IMG/VR virus record: IMGVR_UViG_3300031908_000001
Span: 1 to 64,000 of that record
DNA: 64,000 nt
From: a virus
Lineage: Duplodnaviria; Caudoviricetes
Direction: 5' to 3' (one strand)
Every line of letters starts with the position of its first letter. Positions within the stretch are counted from its first letter, which is position 1. Under the pieces are notes generated by a model. It searched no databases, had not been told where the DNA came from, and was given only the letters and a program-made list of their open reading frames with translations. Shown in pieces: positions 1 to 10,250 of this stretch. A program made the translations under genes and the position numbers.

Positions 1-2229
1 TTTTTTGTGCCCACCGGTCTCCATTGTTCCAGGTCGATAAATAGAGTTTGTTGCAATAAGATCTTCAATATTGTCTGGCACAAGATCTTTTAAGTAGGCA
101 CTCATCCCATCTCCATTAAATTGGAAGACATCTATCATGTATCCATTTTGAAAATACCAGTATGTCAATTCATCATCAAGTGGAATTTCTTCCATCACTA
201 AATCAACATAATGATTTTCTTTAACTGACCTGAAGATGGCTTTTACCTTATCTAGCTGATTAAGTCCCAGGATATCATTTTTAAGAAACCCCATTTTATC
301 CAATAGAGCTCCATCTATCTCACTGACAATTATTCCATTGTCCATTCTCACTGGAATAAGGTCCCAAATATTTACTCTTTCTCCATCCACAAATTTTGGA
401 AAAATCATTGTGGCTGCAGCATGCACTCCTCTATTTCTTATTGCACCAAGGCCAGCTTCCAAACTATTAACAAGTTTATAATTACTCTGTATGAACTCTT
501 TAAGAGGAGGAGTCTTGCTAGAATATGCAAATAATTCTGACATATCCTTTATTTCATCTGCCGCTTTTTTTGGCAATGTAGCCGTCACATAGTTTATTTT
601 ATGGAACGGTATGCCAAATATTTTGGCCACGTCCTTTATTAAGGATTTTACTTTCAATACCCCAAATGTTCCAACATAGCATGTTGAGGCTGGCGTATAT
701 TTATTTACCAGATATTGTTTTACCTTCTCTCTGCCCTCAGATTCAAAATCGCTGTCAATATCTGGAAGAGATTCTTTTAATCTGGCGGGGTTTAGAAATC
801 TTTCAAAATACAAATCATATTTTATTGGATCTATTTTAGTCACACCAAGTAAATAAAGAACCAAACTTCCAGCAGCCGATCCTCTGCCCAAATTTCTAAA
901 AATATTGTTCTGATCGGCAAATTCACATATTTCCCAGGTTATAAGGAAATAATCTATAAATCCCCCTTGGTTAATAATATCTATTTCAAATTCTATGCGG
1001 TCCAAATATTCATCTTCTCTACCCTGCACTTTATCTGTAATCTTTTTATCAAATCCTCTTTGAATCAAATAAAAAAATAGATCTTCATTGCTGTCAAATT
1101 GGTTAGCCTGATCAGAGCTCATTTCATACGATGGCAAATAAAATCTACCAGAATCTATTTTGAAATCACATAAATTATTTATCTCAACTGTATTTTCGAT
1201 TGCTTCCTGAAAAAATTCCTCAAATCTATCTTGATCTTCAAATAAGCTTGAGAGTGCCGTATAATTATCTTCCAACGACTTCATGTATTGATCTTCTGAT
1301 TGCTCTTGAGATGACCCCTTTTGAATTTTGTTGAGAATTATTTTTGTTAAAGCATCTGATTTGTCAAGATAATAAGCATCATTTATCAGAACCGGCTTAA
1401 TCATGTCTTTGAAATTTGTCAAATAATTATTAAGATATCCCAACCATCTTTGATCTCTTTCATTACTCTTATATTCTACTGCATCGAACTGGAAATATAT
1501 TTCATCAAAACATACTTGACAATTTATTATTATGTCCTCATTTAAATATTCTCCTGGTGTCAAAACACATATTACACCATCAGCAAGATTTAATAAATCA
1601 CTTTCCTTTATAAAATTACCGCCGTTGTCTACATTGATAATTTTATTGATGTTTAGAAGGCTTCTCCAGCCCTTTTTATTCTTTATGTATAATTTAACGT
1701 CATAAGTAATATCGTTGCCCCTGAGTACTGTTACTGTTTCTCCCAGGATACTTTTTAGCTTGTTTGCCTTACATGCATTCTGAAAATACAGTACACCGGC
1801 TAAAGTATTCTTTTCGCACAATCCTAGAGATCCGTATCCCAAAAATTTTGCTTTTTTGCACCAATCCGAATAATCTCTTGATCCATTCAATACTTCATAT
1901 TTGCCTCTGACCCCCAAGAATGGAAAATTTTCTACCTGGAGATTTATATTAGAATTCCCTAGGTGCTTAAATGGCCTTAATTTTATTTCATCAATCCTGG
2001 AATAGAACCAATTTTGCCCAAATTCAAAAAGAAAATACTGTATTTCGGGTGTTGAATCTAATATGTCCATCTCCTCATCTGAGAGAAGAAAAATAAACTC
2101 TTCACTAAATATTTTATCTTCTTTATGATCTATTACGATCATTTGTCCAGCTCCTTCTACCAATATTATCTTATCCGATAATGCTTCGGCAGATATATGA
2201 TTGGCCTCTATCCAGCTTATTAGGTCCAT
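1..2229 (-). CDS. dnaE: DNA polymerase III alpha subunit (family C), 3' end runs off the window
   Basis: Not in the ORF track; translated by hand from ATG at 2229 (MDLISWIEAN...). PHP-like N-terminus (GSRDYSDWCKKAKFLGYGSLGLCEKNTLAG), then GRGSAAGSLVLYLLGVTKIDPIKYDLYFERFLNPAR and the catalytic SLPDIDSDF. Confidence 0.93.
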   Translation of the reverse strand, partial: MDLISWIEANHISAEALSDKIILVEGAGQMIVIDHKEDKIFSEEFIFLLSDEEMDILDSTPEIQYFLFEFGQNWFYSRIDEIKLRPFKHLGNSNINLQVENFPFLGVRGKYEVLNGSRDYSDWCKKAKFLGYGSLGLCEKNTLAGVLYFQNACKANKLKSILGETVTVLRGNDITYDVKLYIKNKKGWRSLLNINKIINVDNGGNFIKESDLLNLADGVICVLTPGEYLNEDIIINCQVCFDEIYFQFDAVEYKSNERDQRWLGYLNNYLTNFKDMIKPVLINDAYYLDKSDALTKIILNKIQKGSSQEQSEDQYMKSLEDNYTALSSLFEDQDRFEEFFQEAIENTVEINNLCDFKIDSGRFYLPSYEMSSDQANQFDSNEDLFFYLIQRGFDKKITDKVQGREDEYLDRIEFEIDIINQGGFIDYFLITWEICEFADQNNIFRNLGRGSAAGSLVLYLLGVTKIDPIKYDLYFERFLNPARLKESLPDIDSDFESEGREKVKQYLVNKYTPASTCYVGTFGVLKVKSLIKDVAKIFGIPFHKINYVTATLPKKAADEIKDMSELFAYSSKTPPLKEFIQSNYKLVNSLEAGLGAIRNRGVHAAATMIFPKFVDGERVNIWDLIPVRMDNGIIVSEIDGALLDKMGFLKNDILGLNQLDKVKAIFRSVKENHYVDLVMEEIPLDDELTYWYFQNGYMIDVFQFNGDGMSAYLKDLVPDNIEDLIATNSIYRPGTMETGGHKK

Positions 2230-2240
2230 CGTTAAGTTAA

Positions 2241-2582
2241 TTAATTTTTAGATTCTGAATACTCTTTCATTATCAAAAATAATTCTTGCTTTTCTTCAAT
2301 TGTTTTTGCCTTAAATATTAGCTCAAGACATCTTGAAAATACTTCAGAATTTTCATCATAAATCTCTTCTGCTTCTGAATCATTAAAATGTTTCTCTATT
2401 TCCTTTAATAGTCTGGTAGATGAGATTTGCATCTGATTATAAATCATCTTCATTTTTCCGGTAACTTTCCCCTTCAGGAACCATGACCACCCCTCCGATT
2501 GCTTGAACATATTTGCCCACATAAACATGGCAAATTGTGTTTGATTTAATGTTGTTTTTTCTACGATCTCTTCAGTAATCAT
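2241..2582 (-). CDS. hypothetical protein
   Basis: 113 aa ORF, translationally coupled within the minus-strand operon. Confidence 0.7.
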   Translation of the reverse strand: MITEEIVEKTTLNQTQFAMFMWANMFKQSEGWSWFLKGKVTGKMKMIYNQMQISSTRLLKEIEKHFNDSEAEEIYDENSEVFSRCLELIFKAKTIEEKQELFLIMKEYSESKN

Positions 2583-2818
2583 GCGATCTTTAATTTTTTA
2601 ATTAATCTTTTTCTCCTTAGTCTTAATTGTGCTATCATGTATCTGATGTACAAATCTTTTGTTGGCTCATCAAGGGTGGCAAAAACTGGATCATTTTCCA
2701 GCTCTTTCCTCTCTTCCCACATTTCAATCAAAGTATCATAATACTCAATATCCTGTTCGCCAATAATATTCTTTTTTATTTTAAATAACTTATCTTTTAA
2801 CGTTAACTGTTTTTCCAT
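2579..2818 (-). CDS. hypothetical protein
   Basis: 79 aa ORF with stop/start overlaps at both ends. Confidence 0.65.
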   Translation of the reverse strand: MEKQLTLKDKLFKIKKNIIGEQDIEYYDTLIEMWEERKELENDPVFATLDEPTKDLYIRYMIAQLRLRRKRLIKKLKIA

Positions 2819-3306
2819 TAAAATATTCTATTTACCTGATTGAACTTGTATAAATTAATATCATCACTATTCTTGAACTTTACATGAATCTCCTTGTTTT
2901 CAACATCACACTTTTTAATTTCCCCTATCTTAAACTCTCCATCTCCCAAGTACACTTTGCATTCGCATCCGGTTCTGTAATAAGATAAAATATCTCTTTT
3001 TTCAAGATCAATTCTATTTGCTTCACTTATGTACATAAAATTTGGAATACCTTTTGTAAGAACAGTTTGCCTATACAAATCATAGTACATTTTATGATCT
3101 GTAAAAATAGAAGGAAGGTCATTTCTAAGAGAAAGATTTGTTATTTTCCCCTTTTTAAATCCCATTATTTTTGCCCAATACTTCTTATCGGATTCATTAA
3201 CATAAATTTTATTACGCAGATAGGCAATAAAAAATTCTTGCTGCAGCACATTTAAGAAATCATAAATGCTTAAATTTCTTGTCTTATCATCTTTCCTCTC
3301 TAGCAT
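2818..3306 (-). CDS. hypothetical protein, possible C-terminal SH3-like fold
   Basis: 162 aa; C-terminal GCECKVYLGDGEFKIGEIKKCD beta-rich segment. Confidence 0.65.
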   Translation of the reverse strand: MLERKDDKTRNLSIYDFLNVLQQEFFIAYLRNKIYVNESDKKYWAKIMGFKKGKITNLSLRNDLPSIFTDHKMYYDLYRQTVLTKGIPNFMYISEANRIDLEKRDILSYYRTGCECKVYLGDGEFKIGEIKKCDVENKEIHVKFKNSDDINLYKFNQVNRIF

Positions 3307-3311
3307 ATGTT

Positions 3312-4334
3312 TTACTTTAAAATTATATTATTGATAGTATTTAATCCAAATTCAAGTGGTGATTGCAAATTATCCAAAACATCCATCAATTGATCTAGTG
3401 TGATATCTCCAGGATCACATTCAGTTAATTTTGCAACCAGAACATTAAAATATTTACTTAATTCAAATGCATACTTAAATGTATCCTTATAAGCATCTGG
3501 ATCAAACATGAGCACTATATTTTTTACTCCTGCGATCTGAAGCTTGTGTATTTGCTCATCAGAAATCTTCTTTCCAAAGCATGCTACACATTTTAACTCT
3601 GAGTCATGATACAAATTAAGTAACTTTGTTACGTTAAATTTATCAAATACACCTTCTACAGCTATTACCGTATTAGTTTTACCCCTTTGTATTTCTTCAT
3701 ATCCAAATAACATTTTGCCAAAATCAGATACAGAGTTAAGATATCTTGCATGCTTTATGCCCCTTATCTTTAAAGCTTGTACTTCCTCCTTTGTTTTTTT
3801 TGATCTAGCTATGTATCCAACACATTTTCCCCTCTCTTCTATTAAAAGAATAATTCTGTCTTTATATCTACTTAATATTTTTGATGAGCCAAATTTATAT
3901 TTTTCAAAATCCTCTGGAGTTATTCCCCTATTTTCAAGGTACTCATCTGAGTGTAATCTTTTGAATCCGGTTGGCAGTGCTTGTTCTTGTAAATATAAAC
4001 TATTTTCATCAAACCTTACTATAGTTTTTGTTAAGTTACTTAAATTTATTTTTAATAACTTTTCACTAAAGATTGAAGTGTCCCTAAATACCTTAACTAA
4101 GTCCAATCTATCTAAGTGTTTAAGAAGGGTATATAATCCTCCCTCCTCATTACACTTTAGGCACCTAAACTGATATGATTTATTATTCCCCCTCTTGTCT
4201 ATTTCATCAGTTTTTTTCTTAATAAAGAAGTGACCATCTCCCTTTTGGCAATAAGGACAATCTGCGGTTAATTGATTTTTGTTTGCTGGATGAACGTTTT
4301 CAAGAAGTTCATATAAATCTATATCTGCAACCAT
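3312..4334 (-). CDS. DNA primase (Zn finger + Toprim)
   Basis: CPYC...CLKC zinc finger, YLENRGI, RYLNS, Toprim AVEGVFD and MFDPD. Confidence 0.88.
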   Translation of the reverse strand: MVADIDLYELLENVHPANKNQLTADCPYCQKGDGHFFIKKKTDEIDKRGNNKSYQFRCLKCNEEGGLYTLLKHLDRLDLVKVFRDTSIFSEKLLKINLSNLTKTIVRFDENSLYLQEQALPTGFKRLHSDEYLENRGITPEDFEKYKFGSSKILSRYKDRIILLIEERGKCVGYIARSKKTKEEVQALKIRGIKHARYLNSVSDFGKMLFGYEEIQRGKTNTVIAVEGVFDKFNVTKLLNLYHDSELKCVACFGKKISDEQIHKLQIAGVKNIVLMFDPDAYKDTFKYAFELSKYFNVLVAKLTECDPGDITLDQLMDVLDNLQSPLEFGLNTINNIILK

Positions 4335-4352
4335 GAATTTTATTAATATATA

Positions 4353-5021
4353 TTAATCCTCATCATCAAAACTATTAATAGTTTTTTCTTTACTCCATGC
4401 ATCAGAAAAATCCTTATCCTTAAATAAGGAAGCAAGTCCGGTTATTTGTTTTAATCTTAAAAGCTCATCTCTGTCCATTCCAACATGTTTTAATATCCAT
4501 GCATCACTCATTCCGGCATTTGTAAGCTCTGCAACAATGTTTGACATAAGATCTATAGAATGCGATCCCCTGGCCCTATTATGTCTTATTGTTGAAGCCA
4601 TTCTGTCAGAAATATCTTTTTGACTTTTTCTTATAAATGTTAGTGGCACCCTTCCGTATGTAGATTCACTTATATCTGGATACATTCTTTCCATTAATCT
4701 TCTATGAAATCCATCAACAATTTTGATATTATTCCCCTCATTAAAAGTAACTATGCTCATTGTATATCCGTCTTCGGCAATGGAGGTATGAAGCAAATCA
4801 AGTTCCGGTTTTGCAATAGCGTTAGGATTATATTCATTTGCCTCAACATCTTCAGATTTTTTCCATAAAACACAATCCACTGGATGGTGTTTGAGTGGAC
4901 TAACCTCATGAAGCCCCATTCTAATTTCATTTAATGCTTCTATTTTTTCATCAGTACCATCTATACTATTAATTGTGTCTTGCAAAAATAAAATTATTTC
5001 TTTCAAGTCTTCCTTGCTCAT
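4353..5021 (-). CDS. ibrB: IbrB-like ParB/Srx-domain protein
   Basis: HPVDCVLW, NEYNPN, SIAEDGYT, IVDGFHR, STIRHNRARG, LLRLKQITGLASLF; directly follows an IbrA-like gene. Confidence 0.88.
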   Translation of the reverse strand: MSKEDLKEIILFLQDTINSIDGTDEKIEALNEIRMGLHEVSPLKHHPVDCVLWKKSEDVEANEYNPNAIAKPELDLLHTSIAEDGYTMSIVTFNEGNNIKIVDGFHRRLMERMYPDISESTYGRVPLTFIRKSQKDISDRMASTIRHNRARGSHSIDLMSNIVAELTNAGMSDAWILKHVGMDRDELLRLKQITGLASLFKDKDFSDAWSKEKTINSFDDED

Positions 5022-6310
5022 ATATTTTTTCTTTGAGTTAATACATTTTTATATTTTGCTTCCGCCCCCTGCCTTAATTCATTTTCCTCTTTGGTCAAAG
5101 AGAATCCCATATACTTACATAAAAAATCATTCTTTAATATACATACGCACATCCTTTTATATGTTGGTATTTCTGTAAATTCTGTAATATCAATATCATC
5201 CAAATATTCCATCGTCACTGGCAATTTTCTTGTACTGTAATTTGTTTCTTTGCCAACCTTATGTGGAATATTTAATTCTATCAGCTTATTAATGACCTCC
5301 TGTGAAAGACATCCACCCTTCTCCCGCCAAAATTTCTGACTGGTTAGAAGTTTTTTTTTATAATTATCTCTTGTTGATGCTGGAAGAGTTTTTAATAAAA
5401 ATTCCAGATAGCTCTTCCAATTGTGTCCAGGTGGCAATTTTATTGATCTCCAGCCCATTGCAGTTGTTCCGCCATATAATCCAGTAAAATTAACACCATT
5501 CACCCTAGATATCAATTTACCCCATGTATTTGGCTCAATAACCCTATACAATTTTAAACTCTCTTGAGCAGTAGATAAAAATGGACTTGCCACTCTTTGC
5601 TGATCTATTGTCACTCCAGCCTTGTAAAATATATCATAAAGCTTATTGTAATCCCACTCAAATTTGCAATTTGCTATCCATATATCTTCAGTTATCCAAT
5701 CGTATACCGGATATGCATTATATACATTTTCATACATTTCCTTTGTCCAAGGGATATCATTATATTTTCTATTGTTTCTATCACTATGTATTGCCCTCCA
5801 TCTATTTAAACTTTCTTGAGTTCTAATTCCAACTAGACATGCTGTTTTAACTGCCCCCGTTTTTTCATGTATCCATCCACTAAATTTTTCTTGAAATTCA
5901 TAATCCCACATTGTTTCAGAAAAAAAAGGAAAATCTTTCTCTGTATAGCATTTCTTTGGAAGCTTGCTTACCCATAGGTCTTTCTTCTCTCTGTCCCAAG
6001 GTCTCCAATAATTTTCATGCATTGATGTACAGGTCGTTACTTTAAACGGTACACAGCACCTATATACTTCCAAAATATCAGAGTTTTTTTCTAATTCCCT
6101 ATCTACGTATTCAGTAGTTAAAGTATATTGTGCTTCATAATCAAGATGAAAAACACCTAATTTTCTATTTAATTTATTTTTTCTAATGTAGTCTATGCAG
6201 AGATTTAGCAAAACACCGCTGTCCTTTCCACCGCTGAAGGAAACATATACATTGTCAAACTCTTCAAATATGGTTTTTAATCTTTTCTGAGAAGCTTCAA
6301 ATACGTTCAT
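5018..6310 (-). CDS. ibrA: IbrA-like PAPS-reductase family / DUF3440 protein
   Basis: PP-loop SFSGGKDS, VGIRTQESLNRW, YPVYDW, RVASPF, RVNGVNF and C-terminal PTYKRMCVCILKND. Confidence 0.9.
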   Translation of the reverse strand: MNVFEASQKRLKTIFEEFDNVYVSFSGGKDSGVLLNLCIDYIRKNKLNRKLGVFHLDYEAQYTLTTEYVDRELEKNSDILEVYRCCVPFKVTTCTSMHENYWRPWDREKKDLWVSKLPKKCYTEKDFPFFSETMWDYEFQEKFSGWIHEKTGAVKTACLVGIRTQESLNRWRAIHSDRNNRKYNDIPWTKEMYENVYNAYPVYDWITEDIWIANCKFEWDYNKLYDIFYKAGVTIDQQRVASPFLSTAQESLKLYRVIEPNTWGKLISRVNGVNFTGLYGGTTAMGWRSIKLPPGHNWKSYLEFLLKTLPASTRDNYKKKLLTSQKFWREKGGCLSQEVINKLIELNIPHKVGKETNYSTRKLPVTMEYLDDIDITEFTEIPTYKRMCVCILKNDFLCKYMGFSLTKEENELRQGAEAKYKNVLTQRKNI

Positions 6311-6313
6311 TGT

Positions 6314-6967
6314 TTAAGACTTTAAAAGATGCATACTAAACCACTTACTTCCTTTGCCAGTTGTTTTAAATCCTAAAGATTCCCAATTTTTAATATCATC
6401 AATCTTAACATAAGATGACGCGATCTCATAAGCAGATTCTTTAAAATCTTTTAATATTTCAGATAATAATGTCTTGAAAGTCTGAACATGAGCTGCTTTT
6501 GGATCTATATAAACATTTCTAATTGCAAATGTTGACTTTAAGCAAACTATAGATGCAAATGCAGCCAAGCCGCTTTTTCCATGCATCAAGTACCATTTAT
6601 GATCTTGTGTAGTTACCACCGGATAATTATCAAAATACTTTCTGCCGGCCACACTCATGACAATTGGGCCAATTTCAGAATATACTTGAGGGTCTAGCCC
6701 ATCTATCTTTTTAATATTTGTTTCCATACTTTGAATTTTACGCTCTCTTAATTCAATTTGTTTTAATAAAGAATAATATTCACTTTTTGGCTTTGAAAAT
6801 CCCAAAGATTCTAAACAGATATCGTTTTTTAATATTGCTCTACAAATCGCCTTATATGATGGAGCTTTATTAAGTGCATCCAGTCTAATTGGAACTTCAT
6901 CTGGAATTCCTTCATGATAATCCCTAGATTCCCAGGTTTCAATGTATTGATTAATTTTATCTATCAT
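6314..6967 (-). CDS. DUF3440 C-terminal-like domain fused to a GNAT-like domain
   Basis: N-terminal APSYKAICRAILKNDICLESLGFSKPK aligns with IbrA C-terminal IPTYKRMCVCILKNDFLCKYMGFSLTK. The C-terminal half has a GNAT-like pattern (AAFASI, IRNVYIDP, KNWESLGFK). Confidence 0.6.
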   Translation of the reverse strand: MIDKINQYIETWESRDYHEGIPDEVPIRLDALNKAPSYKAICRAILKNDICLESLGFSKPKSEYYSLLKQIELRERKIQSMETNIKKIDGLDPQVYSEIGPIVMSVAGRKYFDNYPVVTTQDHKWYLMHGKSGLAAFASIVCLKSTFAIRNVYIDPKAAHVQTFKTLLSEILKDFKESAYEIASSYVKIDDIKNWESLGFKTTGKGSKWFSMHLLKS

Positions 6968-6977
6968 TTAGAATTAT

Positions 6978-6999
6978 CAAATGTAATAAAAACTTTTAT
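6978..6999 (-). promoter_or_regulatory. promoter (-7 TACATTTG) plus abutting operator-like box upstream of the DUF3440-GNAT/ibrA/ibrB genes
   Basis: CAAATGTA 6978-6985 followed directly by ATAAAAACTTTTAT 6986-6999. Confidence 0.6.
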
Positions 7000-7367
7000 A
7001 ATAAACTAGACTCAAACTGAATAATTATTTTTTCTGCTGCTTCATTGGCCCTATTTTGCTCTTCTGAACTCAAATTACCCCAAGCAATTCTGGTTAAAAT
7101 TTCTGGCACCTTGTGCAAATACGAGCAAGATGCTTGACCTAGCCAAGATCTTCTATTGCAAGACACATTTGTCAAGTTTACCTGAGAAGATACTGGCCAA
7201 TGAATCAATATCAGTTTCATGATTCTCTCAAAATCACCAACATTTCTTAATAAATCTTCTGCTTTTTTAATTAATAAATCATCATTTGTGTCTGAAATAT
7301 AATCATACATTCCATTTTGAAAATCTTCCCATTTTTCATATCTATGAAATATTCTCTTAATTTTCAT
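6996..7367 (-). CDS. conserved hypothetical phage protein upstream of the IbrAB-like genes
   Basis: Likely start at [21 protein letters not shown] (ATG 7367, avoiding a long overlap with recA); [11 protein letters not shown] motif. Confidence 0.65.
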   Translation of the reverse strand: MKIKRIFHRYEKWEDFQNGMYDYISDTNDDLLIKKAEDLLRNVGDFERIMKLILIHWPVSSQVNLTNVSCNRRSWLGQASCSYLHKVPEILTRIAWGNLSSEEQNRANEAAEKIIIQFESSLL

Positions 7368-8358
7368 ACCCCATTTTTCCCAAAAGCTCTGATTCAATTA
7401 ATTCCAATATTTCTGGATTATCCTCTAATGTCTTTTTTACATTTTCTCTGCCTTGACCAATTTTTTGATCTAGGAAAGAGTACCATGAGCCAGTTTTTTT
7501 GATAATTTCAAACTCTTCTGCTAGATCAACTACTTCACCCATCCTATCTATTCCAACTCCAAATACGACATCAAAGGCGGCTGTCTTAAAAGGAGGTGCC
7601 ACTTTATTTTTAATTACTTTTACTTTTACCTTACTGTTCACCACATTTCCATCCTTATCTTTATCTCCCGATGTTCTTGACACTTCTATTCTTTGACTGG
7701 CATAGAATTTAAGAGCGTTGCCGCCGGTAGTTGTAATTGGATTGCCAAAAACAATTCCTATTTTTTCCCTTGTTTGATTTATGAATATACATAGAGTATT
7801 AGTCTTGTGTATATTTCCGGTCATTTTTCTTAATGCCTGACCCATTAGTCTAGCCATGATCCCCATTTTAGATTCTCCCATCTCTCCATCCAGCTCAGAT
7901 TTAGGAACAAGAGCGGCTACTGAATCAATAACCACTACTCCAATTTCACCAGATTTAACCAATATATCGGCAATTTCCAATGCCTGTTCTGCATTATCTG
8001 GTTGTGCAAATATTAAATTATCAACATCAACTCCAAGTAATTTGGCGTATCTTATATCAAAAGCATGCTCTACATCAATAAAGGCAACCTTGCCCCCCTT
8101 TTTTTGACATTCTGCCATAGTATGAATTGCAATTGTTGTTTTTCCTGAAGATTCTGCACCATATATTTCAACTATTCTTCCCTTCGGAAATCCACCCACT
8201 CCCAGGGCAAGATCTAAAGTAAGAGAGCCAGAAGAAATCACTTCTATATCATTAACCGGCTTATCTCCCAGGGCTTGAACTGTTCCTTTTCCATATGTCT
8301 TGTTTATCTGATCAAGGGCTGAAGCCAAACCACCCGATTTTTTTGATTCTTTTTCCAT
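7357..8358 (-). CDS. recA: recombinase RecA
   Basis: [16 protein letters not shown] Walker [45 protein letters not shown]. Confidence 0.97.
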   Translation of the reverse strand: MEKESKKSGGLASALDQINKTYGKGTVQALGDKPVNDIEVISSGSLTLDLALGVGGFPKGRIVEIYGAESSGKTTIAIHTMAECQKKGGKVAFIDVEHAFDIRYAKLLGVDVDNLIFAQPDNAEQALEIADILVKSGEIGVVVIDSVAALVPKSELDGEMGESKMGIMARLMGQALRKMTGNIHKTNTLCIFINQTREKIGIVFGNPITTTGGNALKFYASQRIEVSRTSGDKDKDGNVVNSKVKVKVIKNKVAPPFKTAAFDVVFGVGIDRMGEVVDLAEEFEIIKKTGSWYSFLDQKIGQGRENVKKTLEDNPEILELIESELLGKMGYEN

Positions 8359-8369
8359 TATTAAGTTAT

Positions 8370-8906
8370 TTAAAATTCAATTTTGTATTTGCATTCATAA
8401 ATTAAAGAAAGAGCCATTAATATAGTTTCATACTCTTCAGATTTAGAAGTGTCAATCAATGATATTTTAAAATCTGGTATGTGGATTACTGCAAGCTCAC
8501 AATTTTCCTCACACATCCTATATCCCATCAATTGAAGCTCATTTTCAAAATATACTTTGTCGGAGCTCTTGTAATCACATATGTATATCTTTCCCCTATA
8601 TTTAATCTTTACATCATATCTTCCCTGGAAGTAATCATTTTCTACTGATTGCTCTACTGAAATTATTTCTATGCCATTCTTAGATAAGAAATTTTCAAAT
8701 CTCTTTTGAATTTCTAAATCTGAAAATGGAGTCTTTTCTTTGCAATAATGCATTATTTCATTATGCAATTTATTTCCATCTGATTTACTTTTTGCTCTAT
8801 GATCATCTAATGATATTCCCTGAAGACCAATTTTATTGGCCCAATAAAGTAAAGCCGGTTTATCCAATAAAGCCAGCAATTTTGATATAGAAGGCTTTCT
8901 TTTCAT
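8370..8906 (-). CDS. PD-(D/E)XK nuclease / exonuclease
   Basis: [29 protein letters not shown] motifs. Confidence 0.75.
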   Translation of the reverse strand: MKRKPSISKLLALLDKPALLYWANKIGLQGISLDDHRAKSKSDGNKLHNEIMHYCKEKTPFSDLEIQKRFENFLSKNGIEIISVEQSVENDYFQGRYDVKIKYRGKIYICDYKSSDKVYFENELQLMGYRMCEENCELAVIHIPDFKISLIDTSKSEEYETILMALSLIYECKYKIEF

Positions 8907-9352
8907 ATTATAACTTGTTCAACATGTATGCCTACATTTCTTAAAAATTCTACCCCCGCTAAATCTCTATACTCTTCAAGATAGAAAACTCTCTTTATTC
9001 CACATTGAGCCATTAGCTTGGCACAATCAAAGCATGGAGATAAGGTAATATACATGTCCGCTCCATCTGAGCTCATTGTAGATTTTGCAATTTTGGATAA
9101 ACAATTTAATTCGGCATGCAACACTTCTTTCTTTGTCACATTATTTTCATCCTCGCAAACATTATCAGAGCCTGGATAGGTTCCATTGTATCCCATTGAA
9201 ATTACTGCATGATTTTTAACTAAGGCGGCTCCAACCTTCTTTCTCTCAGCTTTAGATAATTCTGAAAAACTAACCGCACACTTCATAAACGCGCGGTTAA
9301 TAATTTGCTCTTTTGTCATACCAAAAGTGGCTCCAGATTTAATACTCTCCAT
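8903..9352 (-). CDS. dCMP deaminase
   Basis: VGAALV, GYNG, HAELN and SPCFDC zinc-deaminase motifs; true start probably MTKEQ at about 9319. Confidence 0.92.
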   Translation of the reverse strand: MESIKSGATFGMTKEQIINRAFMKCAVSFSELSKAERKKVGAALVKNHAVISMGYNGTYPGSDNVCEDENNVTKKEVLHAELNCLSKIAKSTMSSDGADMYITLSPCFDCAKLMAQCGIKRVFYLEEYRDLAGVEFLRNVGIHVEQVII

Positions 9353-9810
9353 TCTAATTGTTTTAATCCCTGACTATTTGGAATAATTATATCTGCCTTC
9401 TCCCATAAATTAATATTGAAAGAGTCTTTTGCCTCTTCAGGCTTTCTATTGTCATATACTCCAATGATAAGATCAAACACTCCTTGCCTCAAACATTCAA
9501 CAATTTCAGCATCATCTCTCATTCCTACATATATATCTGAAGATGCCATTATTCCCTTTGCAAGTTTTGCCTTATCTTCTCTGTTATATTCACAAATTAA
9601 ATCATACCATTCCGCTCTGTGGTTTCCTCTGTCATTAAAACACTCTTCCGGTGTATTATAGCCATATTTTTCTCTAAGAGCATCATAAATAAATATCTCT
9701 GACGCGGCTTGAGATGAACTTTTAAAAGTATATCCAAAATGTTGATTTAACATTTCAGCTACTGTATCTTTCCCGTGCCTAGCTGAACCGATAATAAGCA
9801 GTTTTTTCAT
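9316..9810 (-). CDS. deoxynucleoside monophosphate kinase-like P-loop protein
   Basis: MKKLLIIGSARHGKDT P-loop and IYVGMR; start taken at ATG 9810. Confidence 0.75.
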   Translation of the reverse strand: MKKLLIIGSARHGKDTVAEMLNQHFGYTFKSSSQAASEIFIYDALREKYGYNTPEECFNDRGNHRAEWYDLICEYNREDKAKLAKGIMASSDIYVGMRDDAEIVECLRQGVFDLIIGVYDNRKPEEAKDSFNINLWEKADIIIPNSQGLKQLEWRVLNLEPLLV

Positions 9811-10250
9811 TATTTTATAAGTTTTAAATTGATTAATAATTCTTCCATTTTTACCCAATCAACAAACGCTCTTTCCTCTGATCCTGGCAATGGATATATT
9901 AATGGACACCCAATTGCTATATCATCAATCATATAGTTTCCATATGCCTTTGGAGAAGTTGTCCAAGTTTTCTGATCTGGATTGGTTTGCACTCCATAAA
10001 GTGAAATATTATGCATTTCAAACCAACTAATTGCCTGAGTTAGATATTCCCCTATATACAAATGAATATCTGGATCGGTTGAGCTTGCGGCAAAATTTTC
10101 TGGGTGATCGCATCTCATTGTAAATAAAATCAACTTATGTCCGGCATCCACTAATTTTTTAAGAACTGGAGCTGCGCCAATTTCTTCTCCTAATTTTGGA
10201 AATGCATGCTTAACACATGTTCCATCAAAATCAACAAGTATTACTGCCAT
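9810..10250 (-). CDS. HAD-superfamily hydrolase-like protein
   Basis: ILVDFDGT, LILFTMR, K...YMIDD HAD motifs. Confidence 0.8.
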   Translation of the reverse strand: MAVILVDFDGTCVKHAFPKLGEEIGAAPVLKKLVDAGHKLILFTMRCDHPENFAASSTDPDIHLYIGEYLTQAISWFEMHNISLYGVQTNPDQKTWTTSPKAYGNYMIDDIAIGCPLIYPLPGSEERAFVDWVKMEELLINLKLIK

